Shown: in pieces, positions 35,869 through 45,469 of the stretch | Layout of the letters: every line of letters starts with the position of its first letter | How positions within the stretch are numbered: the first letter of the stretch is position 1 | Translations under genes and position numbers: made by a program | Assembly (NCBI GenBank): GCA_963842945.1 | Contig: CAWJIM010000004.1 | Location: 64,001 to 128,000, forward strand | Length of the DNA stretch: 64,000 nucleotides | Source of the DNA: an uncultured Gemmatimonadales bacterium | GTDB lineage: Bacteria > Gemmatimonadota > Gemmatimonadetes > Gemmatimonadales > GWC2-71-9 | Direction: 5' to 3' | The notes under the pieces: generated by a model | Database searches by the model: none | Told to the model about the DNA's origin: nothing | Seen by the model: only the letters and a program-made list of their open reading frames with translations

Positions 35869-36021
35869 GTTCCGGCCACCTCCTTCTCTGCGTGCGGCCA
35901 CCGAGACGGAGGTGACCGGAGGGATCACGCGGGTACCAGTCTACGCCCTCCGGTCAAGACGGAGTCAAGGGGGCTGCGCGGTCAGGAAGCGGGAGGCGGG
36001 GCGGCGGGGAGGCGGGGAAGT

Positions 36022-36330
36022 CTATTTCAGGCCGATCACCATCCCGGCCAGGGCGAGCAGCGTGGTTACCCAGAACCCGAACATCCAGCGCAGCAGATCC
36101 AGCCGGACCGAGTGCAGCTCGGAGCGGAACTCCAGGCGCAGCTCCGCCTTCAGCTCCGCAAGACGTTGCTCCAGCCTGGCATCGAAACGCGTGAAGTTGA
36201 CCTCGTTGATTTCCCGGAGGTCTGTGCGGTAGGTCAGATCCACGGCATTGAACCACTCGACCAGTTCATTAGCGACGTCCTCACCCAGCACATCGTAGAA
36301 CCGCTTGGATAACTTGGCTGTGACCGGCAC
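36022..36330 (-). CDS. Head-coiled coil-C-terminal TM protein (DUF1640/CCDC90-like), copy 1
   Basis: Heptad-rich core, LLRWMFGFW TM; GGAG RBS. Confidence 0.75.
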   Translation of the reverse strand: MPVTAKLSKRFYDVLGEDVANELVEWFNAVDLTYRTDLREINEVNFTRFDARLEQRLAELKAELRLEFRSELHSVRLDLLRWMFGFWVTTLLALAGMVIGLK

Positions 36331-36362
36331 CGGATGCTCCTAAGGAATTCAGTGCCATCATA

Positions 36363-36391
36363 AGCATATCCGGCAGATAGGGCGGTATCAA
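36363..36391 (-). promoter_or_regulatory. Sigma70-like promoter TTGATA-N17-TATGCT
   Basis: Both boxes conserved at paralog promoter 55578-55606 while spacer diverges. Confidence 0.7.
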
Positions 36392-36628
36392 ATCAGCGCA
36401 GATCAGTGCGAGTCCGAGGCCTCGCACCCGGGGCGTGGAGCAGGCGCAGATTGACTCGGCTGCGGTGGGGAGTACGCAAGAACTTCTTCTTTACTGTCGG
36501 AACCCGCCAAAGCGCTTTTCCAGTTTCCGCTGACGCTTCCTCTGCCCCGCTGCCCCGCTGCCCCCTGCCCCCTGCCCGCCTTCTATCTCCTTGTTGGATC
36601 AAGAACTAGCCCGGGTGATTCCGGGCTG

Positions 36629-36670
36629 TTGAGTTTAAGGTGATTCCAGAGTGATGGCGGCCCGTAGCTT
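36629..36670 (+). promoter_or_regulatory. Triple 11-bp-phased (G/T)TGA repeat promoter, site A
   Basis: TTGAgtttaagGTGAttccagaGTGAtggcggcccgTAGCTT. Confidence 0.7.
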
Positions 36671-36752
36671 GTTCCCGTCAACTGACCGGCGGAGTCGTCA
36701 GAACCGGCGAGCCGGCGCCTCAAAGGCCGACCATTAGACGCGGAGGCACACA

Positions 36753-36836
36753 ATGTCAGCAGACTACAACGGCTGGGCGGATCGTCCGGAAGAGGAGCGA
36801 GAGGGCGAAGAGGTAGCGGAGACTCAGGGCAGGTAG
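36753..36836 (+). CDS. 27-aa acidic ORF or truncated gene behind site A
   Basis: GGAGG RBS then MSADYNGWADRPEEEREGEEVAETQGR*. Confidence 0.35.
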   Translation: MSADYNGWADRPEEEREGEEVAETQGR

Positions 36837-37588
36837 TAGACCGGGTTCGGCAGCTTGAAGGTCCGTTCGGCGAAGCCGCCGGCGAGGTCGCTCTCCTGAT
36901 CTCCCATGCTCAGGATGATGGTATAGCCCTGCTGGGCGATCTTCCGCCGCTCCGGTGCCTTGAAGTCCACCGCACTCTTGAAGTGGGCACCCTCGGGAAG
37001 CAGAATGACCGCGGTCGGATCGTAGCCCTGTTCCCGGAGGTTTCGCTCGGTCGCATCGCGAAGGTTGGGGGGACGGCCGCTGATGAAGAACACCGCCACG
37101 CCGAGCTCACGCGCCCGCCGGGCCAGCTCTCGAGTGGGACTAAGTGCCTGGGACCTGCCGAGCGCCTGCCAGGCCCGGAGACCACAGGGACCGTGCTCGA
37201 GGTCGCACCCTCCTCCCACCACTCGACCCCACCCGTTCAGGCGATAGGCCGGCCAGTTCGACAGCGAGGTCTCATCGATGTCGAGCACGATCGCGGGCTT
37301 GTTCGCTGTTTTCGACCGCTGCTCCAGCCACTCCTGCGCCCGGGCGACCACCGCCGAAAAGTCCCGGTCGTACCGGCCGGAGCTGATGTACTCCTCGACC
37401 TGCTGCTGCGCTTCATAGAGACGGGGTACGTCGGAGGAGACGGTGGCCGGGGAAACGGCCGCGGGAGAGTCGCCCTGAGTTGCAGTGCCGGCACACGCGA
37501 GCCCGAGGGTGGCCAGCGCCGAGACGCGAAGGGCTCCAAGCCAGGAGGAGGGATTCACGGCGGGCCGAGGCGACATGGTGCTGGTCAT
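36824..37588 (-). CDS. HAD-superfamily class B/C-like acid phosphatase lipoprotein
   Basis: LAC lipobox, VLDIDET, FISGR, MGDQESD, KLPNPVY. Confidence 0.88.
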   Translation of the reverse strand: MTSTMSPRPAVNPSSWLGALRVSALATLGLACAGTATQGDSPAAVSPATVSSDVPRLYEAQQQVEEYISSGRYDRDFSAVVARAQEWLEQRSKTANKPAIVLDIDETSLSNWPAYRLNGWGRVVGGGCDLEHGPCGLRAWQALGRSQALSPTRELARRARELGVAVFFISGRPPNLRDATERNLREQGYDPTAVILLPEGAHFKSAVDFKAPERRKIAQQGYTIILSMGDQESDLAGGFAERTFKLPNPVYYLP

Positions 37589-38049
37589 GCGGGCAGGATG
37601 GCCTTTGCCAGTACGGTGACCGGCACCTGGTCTTGCGACACGATCATGTAGACCTTCTTCCGATATTCGACGAACACGCGCCGGTTGGGCGTCGCCGGAT
37701 CGAAGACCATATACGCTCCCTTCACCCCGGGAACCGGCTCGACCCCCTTGGGCGACTCGCCGGCATACTGGTCGGCCGCCTGCCTGGTGGAGCTGAACGT
37801 CTGTCCCAATTCGGCCATCGGCGTCGGACCATACACCATGAGAGCGGGACCGGATCCCCCCTCCCACCTCAGGTGACAGGCCGGACCCGCCTGGTCGCCC
37901 CCGCTGAACCCCTTGAGCTTCATCTCCTGCGTGACCACCGCGGGATCGATCGGAAGTGGATCGGCACACTGGCCCTGGCTCGTCGCCGATGCCAGCGCCA
38001 ACCCGCTTCCGATATACAGGGTCAAGAGATAATGAGAGGATGCAATCAT
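37585..38049 (-). CDS. Secreted hypothetical protein
   Basis: Signal-like N-terminus, two Cys; stop overlaps phosphatase start. Confidence 0.65.
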   Translation of the reverse strand: MIASSHYLLTLYIGSGLALASATSQGQCADPLPIDPAVVTQEMKLKGFSGGDQAGPACHLRWEGGSGPALMVYGPTPMAELGQTFSSTRQAADQYAGESPKGVEPVPGVKGAYMVFDPATPNRRVFVEYRKKVYMIVSQDQVPVTVLAKAILPA

Positions 38050-38104
38050 CGTGGATCCTGTGGCTGAAGGTTTGATTGTGCGCCTGTTCGTTCTCGCACC
38101 AGCC

Positions 38105-38146
38105 AAGCTAGATCCGGCGCTCACGACCGAATCACCCAGGAATCAC
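38105..38146 (-). promoter_or_regulatory. Triple GTGA repeat promoter, site B
   Basis: Minus strand GTGAttcctggGTGAttcggtcGTGAgcgccggatcTAGCTT. Confidence 0.75.
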
Positions 38147-40834
38147 GTGAAGGAGAGGACGGAGAGTAGAGCGGAAGTTAGCGCTGCGCGTTTGAGTTCC
38201 ATCGCCCAGATATCGCTCTGGCGAGTGCCGACGGTAACGAAGAAACGCTTGCCGTCGGTGGCGAACTCGGGACGGCTCGAAGGGTGAGCCGGGTCATCGA
38301 ACCGGATGAGAAGTCTGGGGGTGCCGCCGGCGGCAGGAATCGACCAGAGGCTCGACCAGCCGGCCGGCTCGAACGCTTTGTAATAGATGGTCCTCCCGTC
38401 AGGACTCCATTGCGCCAGCTCCGGTGCCGGCTCGGCGGCGGGATCTGCCTTGAGCAGCTGGCGGGGCTTGCCGCCCTGCGGTGCGATGAGCCACAAGCCG
38501 TCGGAACGGCAATACACGATGGCCCGCCCGTCAGGCGACCAGCGCCCCGCCCATCCCCCGCCGGTGGTGAGCTGTCGAGCCCGGGTCCAGGCGGAATCGT
38601 CGAGTCGTGCAGCCAGAAACAGCTGACGCTCGCCCGACACATCGGCGGTGAAGACCAGCCTCCGGCCATCCGGGGCCAGCCCGGGAGAGCGCTGGTGGGG
38701 AGGAGAATCGACCAGCTGCTCCAGCTCCCCGCCATCAGCGGATACCAGGCGCACGCGGCGGGTACCAGCCTGGTAGGAGTGGAGCGCGATGATCCTGCCG
38801 TCGCCCGACCAGGTGGAGACGAAGTCGGCTTCGGGTGAGTGGGTGAGCTGCACCGCCTCGCCGCCGGAGCTCGGCATCTTGTAGACCTCCTGGTTCCCGC
38901 TTCGATCGGAGTCGAAGGCAAGCCAGCGTCCGTCCGGGGACAGGCTGATACCCTCGATGGATTGGGTTCCCTCGGTAAGCGACCGCCCACCGGTCATGGA
39001 CGCAACGCCTGCGGCCGGAAGGTTGAAGGTCCAGATGTTTCCGCTGTGGGTGAAGACCGAGTACGCCAGCCTCTTCGCGTCGGTGGAGAGGCTAATGCCG
39101 TGGGCGCCGAGCCCGGTCGTCAGCCGAGCCGGGGGGCCGGCCGGGAGTCCCGAGCGGGCCAGGTCTATACTATAGATGTCTCGATTGCCCTCTCGATCGG
39201 AGACAAAGAGAAAGCCCCGGGCATGGGGCAGCCACACCGGATTGGTGTTGAGCGACTGCGCGTCGGTGACCTGAATCGCCTTGCCTCCGCTTGCCGGTAC
39301 GAGCCAGATCGAGCTCGGCGCCACGTTCCCCAGATTGGTGGAGTTGCCCCAGGGAGCCTCGCCGAAGGTGAATACCGGGTTTCCGGAGACGCAGGCGATC
39401 CACTTGCCGTCGGGTGACCACGCCAGGGAATGAGGAGTGGGAACCTCGGACAGTCGCCTGGCTTGGCCGCCGCCAACAGGCCGGACGTAAATGGCCCAGT
39501 TCTCGACGTACGCTATCTCTCTCCCGTCAGGCGACCAGGCCGGGTAGGCCACCCATCCGGATTTCTCGGACGGACCGATGATCAGCTCCGGCACGCCGCC
39601 CAGCGCATCGACCAGGTAGATCGCTCCACCGGACTGAAACGCGATCCGGCTGCCGTCAGGCGACCACTCGGGCCGGCGGTGAGACCCCGGCAACGCCTCC
39701 GTCAGCGCTACCGCCCGGCCGCCGCCTGTCTGTCTCATGAAGATTTGGAACCGATCGCCCGCTTCCGCCGCGTAGGCCACCATCTTCCCGTCCGGTGAGA
39801 TCGCCGGGTCGAGCTCGAGCCGGTCATCGAACGCCACGCGGTGAGCTGCTCCGGGAAGCATCGAGCCGGGGCTACGCGGGCGGAGGAGCATCCCGGCGAT
39901 GATGCCGCTGACGATCAGCACCGCAGCCGCAAGCGCGTGCCGCAATTCCAGCCTTCGGCGACCGGGTGATCGCGCGACCGAGGGCGGCGGCTCGACGACT
40001 CGAGGTTCGGAAAGCGGAGTGGGAACGACTGCTGGGAGAGGCGCCGGCGCGATTGCGACCGGCTCCGGGTTCAGGATCGCTTCCGTCTTTGATGGCGACG
40101 AGGGCGGAAGTGCCGGCCCCTCACTCCGCTTGAGCTCCGCGGCGTAGTCGGTCACCGCACGGTCGGGAGGGGCGTCCAGCTCCTGTTCCATCAGCACTTC
40201 GTAGATCCGCGCGTGCTGCAGGGCTCCGGCCCGGTCTCCCGCTGCCACCAGCGCTCGCATGAGGTTGACCGCCACCCGAGCATGCAGCGGGTCCTGCCCC
40301 GCCAGCTTCCGCCACCAGGCCACTGCCCCGGCCCAGTCTCCCTCACTCTCCCATCGCTTCGCCAGCTTCTCCAGCGATTCGGCGTGGCGACGGGCCAGGT
40401 CCGCCCGCTGCTCTTCTGACCAGCGCTCGAACTCCGGGGCGCCCGGCAGGTGGAACCCGTCGAGGAATGGTCCGATGTACGTCCGCGGCTGCCTCTTCCA
40501 GTTTGCCCCGGCCTACCGCCTGCTCGAATTCCCCCACGTCGCTCGAGACCAGATCCGGGTTGAGCCGCAGGTCGCGGCTGCTGCCGAGAAAGACGTCGTC
40601 CGACCCCAGGTCCTGACGCAAGGCGTAGAGTGCCTGGTTGAGACCCCGCCGAGCTCGCTCCTCCTCGGTATCAGTCCAGAGGTATGCCAACACCTTCTCG
40701 CGGGTAAGACCCTGCTCGCCGGCACTGGCCAGGAGAGCCAGGATGGCGAGGCGCCGGGGTTGCGCCGCCGAACCGCTGATGACTCCGCCGTTTCCGCGAA
40801 CGTGGAGCCGTCCAAACGCATGTACCCGCAACAC
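38143..40834 (-). CDS. SARP-type regulator: wHTH + BTAD + Pro linker + TM + PD40/TolB-like beta-propeller; frameshift near 40480, stop may be 38178
   Basis: RRLAILALLA, LTREKVLAYLW, LNQALYALRQDLG, LMRALVAAGDRAGAL, one TM, many WSPDG repeats. Confidence 0.88.
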
Positions 40835-40844
40835 GTTGAATCCG

Positions 40845-40886
40845 GTGAGTCCGAGGTGATTCCGCTGTGACTGCCGCTTCTATACT
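40845..40886 (+). promoter_or_regulatory. Triple GTGA repeat promoter, site C
   Basis: GTGAgtccgagGTGAttccgctGTGActgccgcttcTATACT. Confidence 0.75.
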
Positions 40887-40958
40887 AGGCACCGTCAACC
40901 GGGGCGGCAATCGGCCGCCGATGGCTCTCTGACGTCACCAGCTCGGGAGGGTTTCACC

Positions 40959-41471
40959 ATGAAAGCCACGCTCACTCGCCTGGGCGGGATCACGATGGTC
41001 TCGATGACAACGCTCGCGGGACTCGCCTCACCAACGACCCTGGACTCGAAGGGGTTCAGCGCAGCAGTCACCGGAGCGGCCCACTCCACCATTTCCGGCG
41101 CGGCCAGTTTCGGACGGGTCGCCGGCGGGCCCACCGCTCCCGATGTCCTCAGCCTGAATCTCGGCACCGAGAGCTCCCCGGGGGCGATCCAGTTCATTCG
41201 CCCGGGCAGGAGCAGGCTCGCCATCGGGAGCTATCCCATCTCCGACCTCGCTCCCGGCTCGGATCAGTTCCGGGCGCTGGTCATGCTCGGCTCATCCGAG
41301 CGCCCCGAAGGGGTGTTTCGGGCGGAATCCGGCGTCCTCACCATCACCTCGATGTCGGACCAGACCCTCACCGGCCGGTTCGAGCTCGAGGCGATCGGGT
41401 TCACGGCGGATCGTCCCGAGCGCGAGGATCAGCGGGTACACGTGTCGGGATGGTTTACCGCCGCGCAATAG
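40959..41471 (+). CDS. Secreted beta-rich hypothetical protein
   Basis: GGAGG RBS, signal-like N-terminus, intact 170 aa. Confidence 0.75.
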   Translation: MKATLTRLGGITMVSMTTLAGLASPTTLDSKGFSAAVTGAAHSTISGAASFGRVAGGPTAPDVLSLNLGTESSPGAIQFIRPGRSRLAIGSYPISDLAPGSDQFRALVMLGSSERPEGVFRAESGVLTITSMSDQTLTGRFELEAIGFTADRPEREDQRVHVSGWFTAAQ

Positions 41472-41539
41472 GAACTCAGAGGAAGCATCCGACAGAGTTC
41501 AATCTTTCAACCGGACCCCACATCCAAAGGATTCATACC

Positions 41540-42475
41540 ATGTACCGCTACACGCTTGCAATCGCACTGATGAGCCTCGCCGCTTGCGCCGACTCCGACA
41601 ATCCGCTGGCCCCAGCCGGGGACACGTCGGATGAGGCTCAACTCGCCCAGACCGGGCCGTTGCTTGGCAAGATCGCGTTCAGCATGAGAGGCGTCGGAAA
41701 TCAGACCGATATCTACGTCATGAATGCGGACGGCACGGGACAGAGCAGGCTGACCTCCGCGCCGGAGAATGAGGTCTCCCCTGCCTGGTCCCAGGACAAC
41801 CAGCAGATTGCCTTCGTCCGTCCCCGGACCGACGGGGCGAATGTGGTTCATCAGGACATCTTCGTGATGGATGCGAACGGGTCCAACGGCCACTGGGTAT
41901 CGCCCACGCCCAATTCAACGAGCCTTTTCGATCCGGTCTGGTCACCGGATGGATCCCGGATCGCCGTATGGACTTCGGGTCAGGATCTGGCCTACCTCGA
42001 GGTTGCGACCGGTGAGCTGAAGCCCATGCAGAGCACATTGGGGCAGCTCAAGGGTTTCTACCCCTCGTACGATCCATCGGGTCAGAAGATCGTCTTCGGC
42101 GGGGGTGGCACGCTGTTCATCATCGACGCAAACAGCTTCGGGTTGCTGTCCAAGATCGTTCTGCCCGCCGGGCTGGTGAACCAGCATCCGACCTTTTCAC
42201 CCGATGGACAGAAGATCGCGTTCGCCGGCGGGGCCTCCAGTGAACCGGGTGCGGACATCTACGTCGTTGGGGCGAACGGCACCGGCCTCACTCGGCTGGC
42301 CAGCTCCCCGGGAACCGAGAGCGAACCGAGCTGGTCGCCTGACGGCAACCAGATCGCGTTCGGCAGTGACCGCAGCGGTGTGGACCAGATCTATCGGACC
42401 AGCGCCGGCGGCGGCAGGCGGGTTCGGCTCGGCCCTAAGGGTATCTTTGCGGCGAGCCCCGCCTACTCGCATTAA
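41540..42475 (+). CDS. TolB-like PD40 repeat lipoprotein
   Basis: LAAC lipobox; DIYVMNADG, WSPDG repeats. Confidence 0.85.
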   Translation: MYRYTLAIALMSLAACADSDNPLAPAGDTSDEAQLAQTGPLLGKIAFSMRGVGNQTDIYVMNADGTGQSRLTSAPENEVSPAWSQDNQQIAFVRPRTDGANVVHQDIFVMDANGSNGHWVSPTPNSTSLFDPVWSPDGSRIAVWTSGQDLAYLEVATGELKPMQSTLGQLKGFYPSYDPSGQKIVFGGGGTLFIIDANSFGLLSKIVLPAGLVNQHPTFSPDGQKIAFAGGASSEPGADIYVVGANGTGLTRLASSPGTESEPSWSPDGNQIAFGSDRSGVDQIYRTSAGGGRRVRLGPKGIFAASPAYSH

Positions 42476-42560
42476 GGCATCGCGCCAGCCACGCGCCCCG
42501 TCCGGCCTTTCGGCTGGGCGGGGATGCGGTACTTTATCGCGCAGGCAGCAAGGAGGATGG

Positions 42561-43007
42561 ATGACCCCGGAGCAACAGGAGCTGTTGCGGGAGAGCTGGC
42601 GACGGTTCGAGCCGACGCTCAAGGAGGCGAGCCCCCGGTTCTACCAGCGTCTGTTCGAGCTGGACCCAAAGGCCGAGCGGCTGTTCGCCGGGGTGGACCT
42701 GGAGGCGCAGGAGCGCAAGCTGATGACGATGCTCGCCGAGATCGTGCAGGTCGTCGACCAGCCCAGCGACCTGGTCAGCGTGGTGGCTGCGCTGGGGCGC
42801 CGGCATGTGCACTACGGGGTGCACGACGCCGACTATGAATCGCTGGGGGCGGCACTGCTCTGGACTCTGGAACAGGGACTGGGAGACGGATTTACCCTCG
42901 AGGTCCGAGCGGCCTGGAGCGAAGCCTATCTCACCGTGGCGACTATCATGCGACGGGCAGCGGTGCGCGAGGAGCTGACCGGAGAGCGACCGGCGCTAGG
43001 GCGGTAA
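42561..43007 (+). CDS. Single-domain globin
   Basis: FYQRLFELDP, LGRRHVHYGV, GAALLWTLEQGLG. Confidence 0.9.
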   Translation: MTPEQQELLRESWRRFEPTLKEASPRFYQRLFELDPKAERLFAGVDLEAQERKLMTMLAEIVQVVDQPSDLVSVVAALGRRHVHYGVHDADYESLGAALLWTLEQGLGDGFTLEVRAAWSEAYLTVATIMRRAAVREELTGERPALGR

Positions 43008-43017
43008 GGCGGTCAGG

Positions 43018-43050
43018 CGCCGGGTCTCGGAAGCAACTCGAGACCCGGCG
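43018..43050. terminator. Hairpin between convergent genes
   Basis: CGCCGGGTCTCG-N9-CGAGACCCGGCG. Confidence 0.7.
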
Positions 43051-43070
43051 TTCCTACCAAAGGGGCCGGG

Positions 43071-43352
43071 CTATCGTGCCGCGGTGGCGGTCTGTGGTAC
43101 CCGCGATGGTCTAACGAACCCCTCTCGGTTCTCCACCTGCAAGTATTCGTTCCGGCTCAACCCTTTAAGAGCCGGCTCCAACACATTCCGGACAGCATCG
43201 ATCGAGGCAGCCTCCCAGATGCAGACTGCCCGGGTGCCGTCGGGTGTGGGGAAGGTGTGATGCAGGGTGAGATCCGGGGAGATTGTCCTCGGGTCGGCTG
43301 CGTTCCAGAACGCGGCCGGCTCGGAGATGGTGTGCTGAACCAGGACGTACAT
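43071..43352 (-). CDS. Small hypothetical protein (dimeric alpha-beta barrel-like)
   Basis: GGAGG RBS; AVCIWEAAS motif. Confidence 0.7.
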   Translation of the reverse strand: MYVLVQHTISEPAAFWNAADPRTISPDLTLHHTFPTPDGTRAVCIWEAASIDAVRNVLEPALKGLSRNEYLQVENREGFVRPSRVPQTATAAR

Positions 43353-43573
43353 GATTGCCTCCGAATGGGATATAGGTGTGTGCTCCTAGATGCGGCCCCG
43401 TACCGGTGCTGTCAAGCTTGATAATCTCGCCGGCGATCCCCCGTGATTCCGAGGTGATCGGGGTGGCACTCGACTTGCCCCTCTCATGGCGGATCGGTCG
43501 GTCTTCAAACTCGACCAATGAACGGTCAAGCACTTACGACGGCGACAGCCTCGACGACGCCACAGGAGTTGTG

Positions 43574-44101
43574 ATGGGGGGATCCTACAGGCAGTGCGAC
43601 GCGTGCGGCAAGCGAGCCCTGAGCATCGCCAACCGGTGTCCCGGCTGCGGTCGCGAGCTTCCGGCCAACGAAGTGCAGAAGGGGGGCGGCGGCCTGGATC
43701 TGGGACGTTTCCTCACGCCGAAAGGAGTAGCCGCGGTCCTCGCCGTTGTGGCGGTTGTCGGGTCTGGCTAGTCTCGGCCCAGCCGGTCAGCCCAGGGAAG
43801 CCAGGGCGGAAGTGAGTCCTCCATGGCGAGAACGGCCCCGTTGGACACGGCTAGGGTCGCCGCGCACCGGCCAAGAGCGGCAGCGAGCTCCGGTCGCAGT
43901 CTACCGACGAGAGCAGCCGAGCTCCGCGTCGCACGAAGCTGGACGGAGGTGCGGAAGTCGCGGAGCGCGAGGGCCCCGCTCGAGGCCATGCTCATGCCGG
44001 GCGACACGGTGCTGGTGGACTCGCTCGAGCAGGGATGGTACCGGTGGCGCTGGAGGGCGAGGTACTCGGCTACGCCCACCGCTGGGCGCTTGCGGCGCTA
44101 G
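43574..44101 (+). CDS. Zinc-ribbon + TM + SH3-like protein, frameshifted
   Basis: CDAC...CPGC, hydrophobic stretch, VRKSRS...PGDTVLVDSLEQGWY. Confidence 0.55.
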
Positions 44102-44118
44102 GAGCGGGAACGGAACAG

Positions 44119-44499
44119 TCAGTCGTGAAGTAGAGTCGTCCGGGTACCTCTATCCGATCCTAGCAAAAACTCCTCATCCCGAGCGCGCAACTCACCGGCG
44201 ACTCCCTGAGAGCCCAGCGGCAGCAGCACTACTTGCGATCGCGCCGCTCCGGAGACAGGCTCGTACTCCAAACCACCACTGCCAGCAGAGCCCAATTTGG
44301 GGGCCACGAACGACTTCGTGTCCATCAACCGGGCGTCTGGCCGCTCCAGGTTCTCGGCATAGCGGGCCGGGTCCACCTCAAACTCCCGGCGGCATTCGCG
44401 AGAACAGAAGAACACCTCCTGAGACTCGTATGTGGTGTGTGCCGGGGCTGTTTCCGGGTCGACCATCATTCCGCAGACCGGGTCCTTGACCTGATTCAT
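44119..44499 (-). CDS. YHS domain protein; 3' end uncertain
   Basis: KDPVCGMMVD...FFCSRECRREF. Confidence 0.85.
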   Translation of the reverse strand: MNQVKDPVCGMMVDPETAPAHTTYESQEVFFCSRECRREFEVDPARYAENLERPDARLMDTKSFVAPKLGSAGSGGLEYEPVSGAARSQVVLLPLGSQGVAGELRARDEEFLLGSDRGTRTTLLHD

Positions 44500-44641
44500 T
44501 CTGAACTCCTGTTAGACCCGTTCGAAATGTCAGGGGACGGTGTGTGGTGATCGGTGACCTGAGTCACGCAGGGCCGCTTCCGGTATTCACGGGCGGCCGT
44601 CGCACATTCTAGGAGTACCTATTCAGCGTCCGTGACACTTG

Positions 44642-44697
44642 GTCTAGCGTCCAGAGTCCAGAGTCAAGGCAATCAGCCTGGACCCTGGACTCTAGAC
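44642..44697. repeat. Imperfect hairpin built from GTCCAGA units
   Basis: GTCTAGCGTCCAGAGTCCAG...CTGGACCCTGGACTCTAGAC. Confidence 0.55.
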
Positions 44698-44713
44698 AAT
44701 AGCACTTACCCAC

Positions 44714-45121
44714 CTACACGAACATCGGAGACACCTGCCTTGTCTCCGCCGGCCTCGCGACGGGCTTCACCCTCGAAGCACCATCGATGATGACCCGGAG
44801 GTCTCCGTTGGACTGGACCAGGACATCCTTGAGGTCGTAAATCCCTTCCGCCGGAATCTCCAGACCCTCGAGGATCACGTTGCTGGGTAGGGGCCCTCCG
44901 TCACCCGGCGTGGTGGTCTCCCGGACGGTGATGGGTCCCATGGTGCAGAAAAAGACCACGCCGTGGCGGCTGGGCCTCCCGATAAACCAGTTCCGGCCCA
45001 TCGCCTCGACTCTGATCCCTGGCAAGTCCGCCCTGATCTCCTGTCCATGCCGCACCTCGGCTTGGACCATCCGCTCGCGCAGCCGCTCTGATTGGGAATA
45101 GCTGGTGACACGTGCTTGCAT
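44714..45121 (-). CDS. Hypothetical protein
   Basis: AAGGAG RBS, intact 135 aa. Confidence 0.7.
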   Translation of the reverse strand: MQARVTSYSQSERLRERMVQAEVRHGQEIRADLPGIRVEAMGRNWFIGRPSRHGVVFFCTMGPITVRETTTPGDGGPLPSNVILEGLEIPAEGIYDLKDVLVQSNGDLRVIIDGASRVKPVARPAETRQVSPMFV

Positions 45122-45290
45122 TGTTCACTCCTTGTGGTACGTCGAAAAACGATGGCTGTGGGCTGTAGCCCATGGCCCTGCTCGCCTAGCCAGTAGCTCG
45201 GCGATCTTGGGGTCCCTCTGACGTCTTGGCGGTGGCGCGGGGGAAAGCGAGGATGCCGCGGGTGCTTTTCAGTGGCTAGCGATCCATCCT

Positions 45291-45319
45291 ACGTTAGGAA
45301 ATACGGCTGAGGACGTCAA
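45291..45319 (-). promoter_or_regulatory. Sigma70-like promoter TTGACG-N17-TAACGT
   Basis: Consensus-like boxes about 170 nt upstream of the 45121 start. Confidence 0.55.
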
Positions 45320-45469
45320 TACGGGCGGACAGACGGACGGGCGGGCAGCCGGACTGGCGGATAGGCGGAAGGCGGATAGGCGGATAACCGAATCTGACCT
45401 TCTTGTGCTTAAGCCCTTCGTCGCCTTGAGTACCCGTCGCGGCGAACCCGTATGGCTATCACGCCGGTA

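Noticed and set aside
36660..36750. c-di-GMP-I or ZTP riboswitch
   Set aside because: Only fragmentary resemblance; the conserved core motifs are not in the right order.
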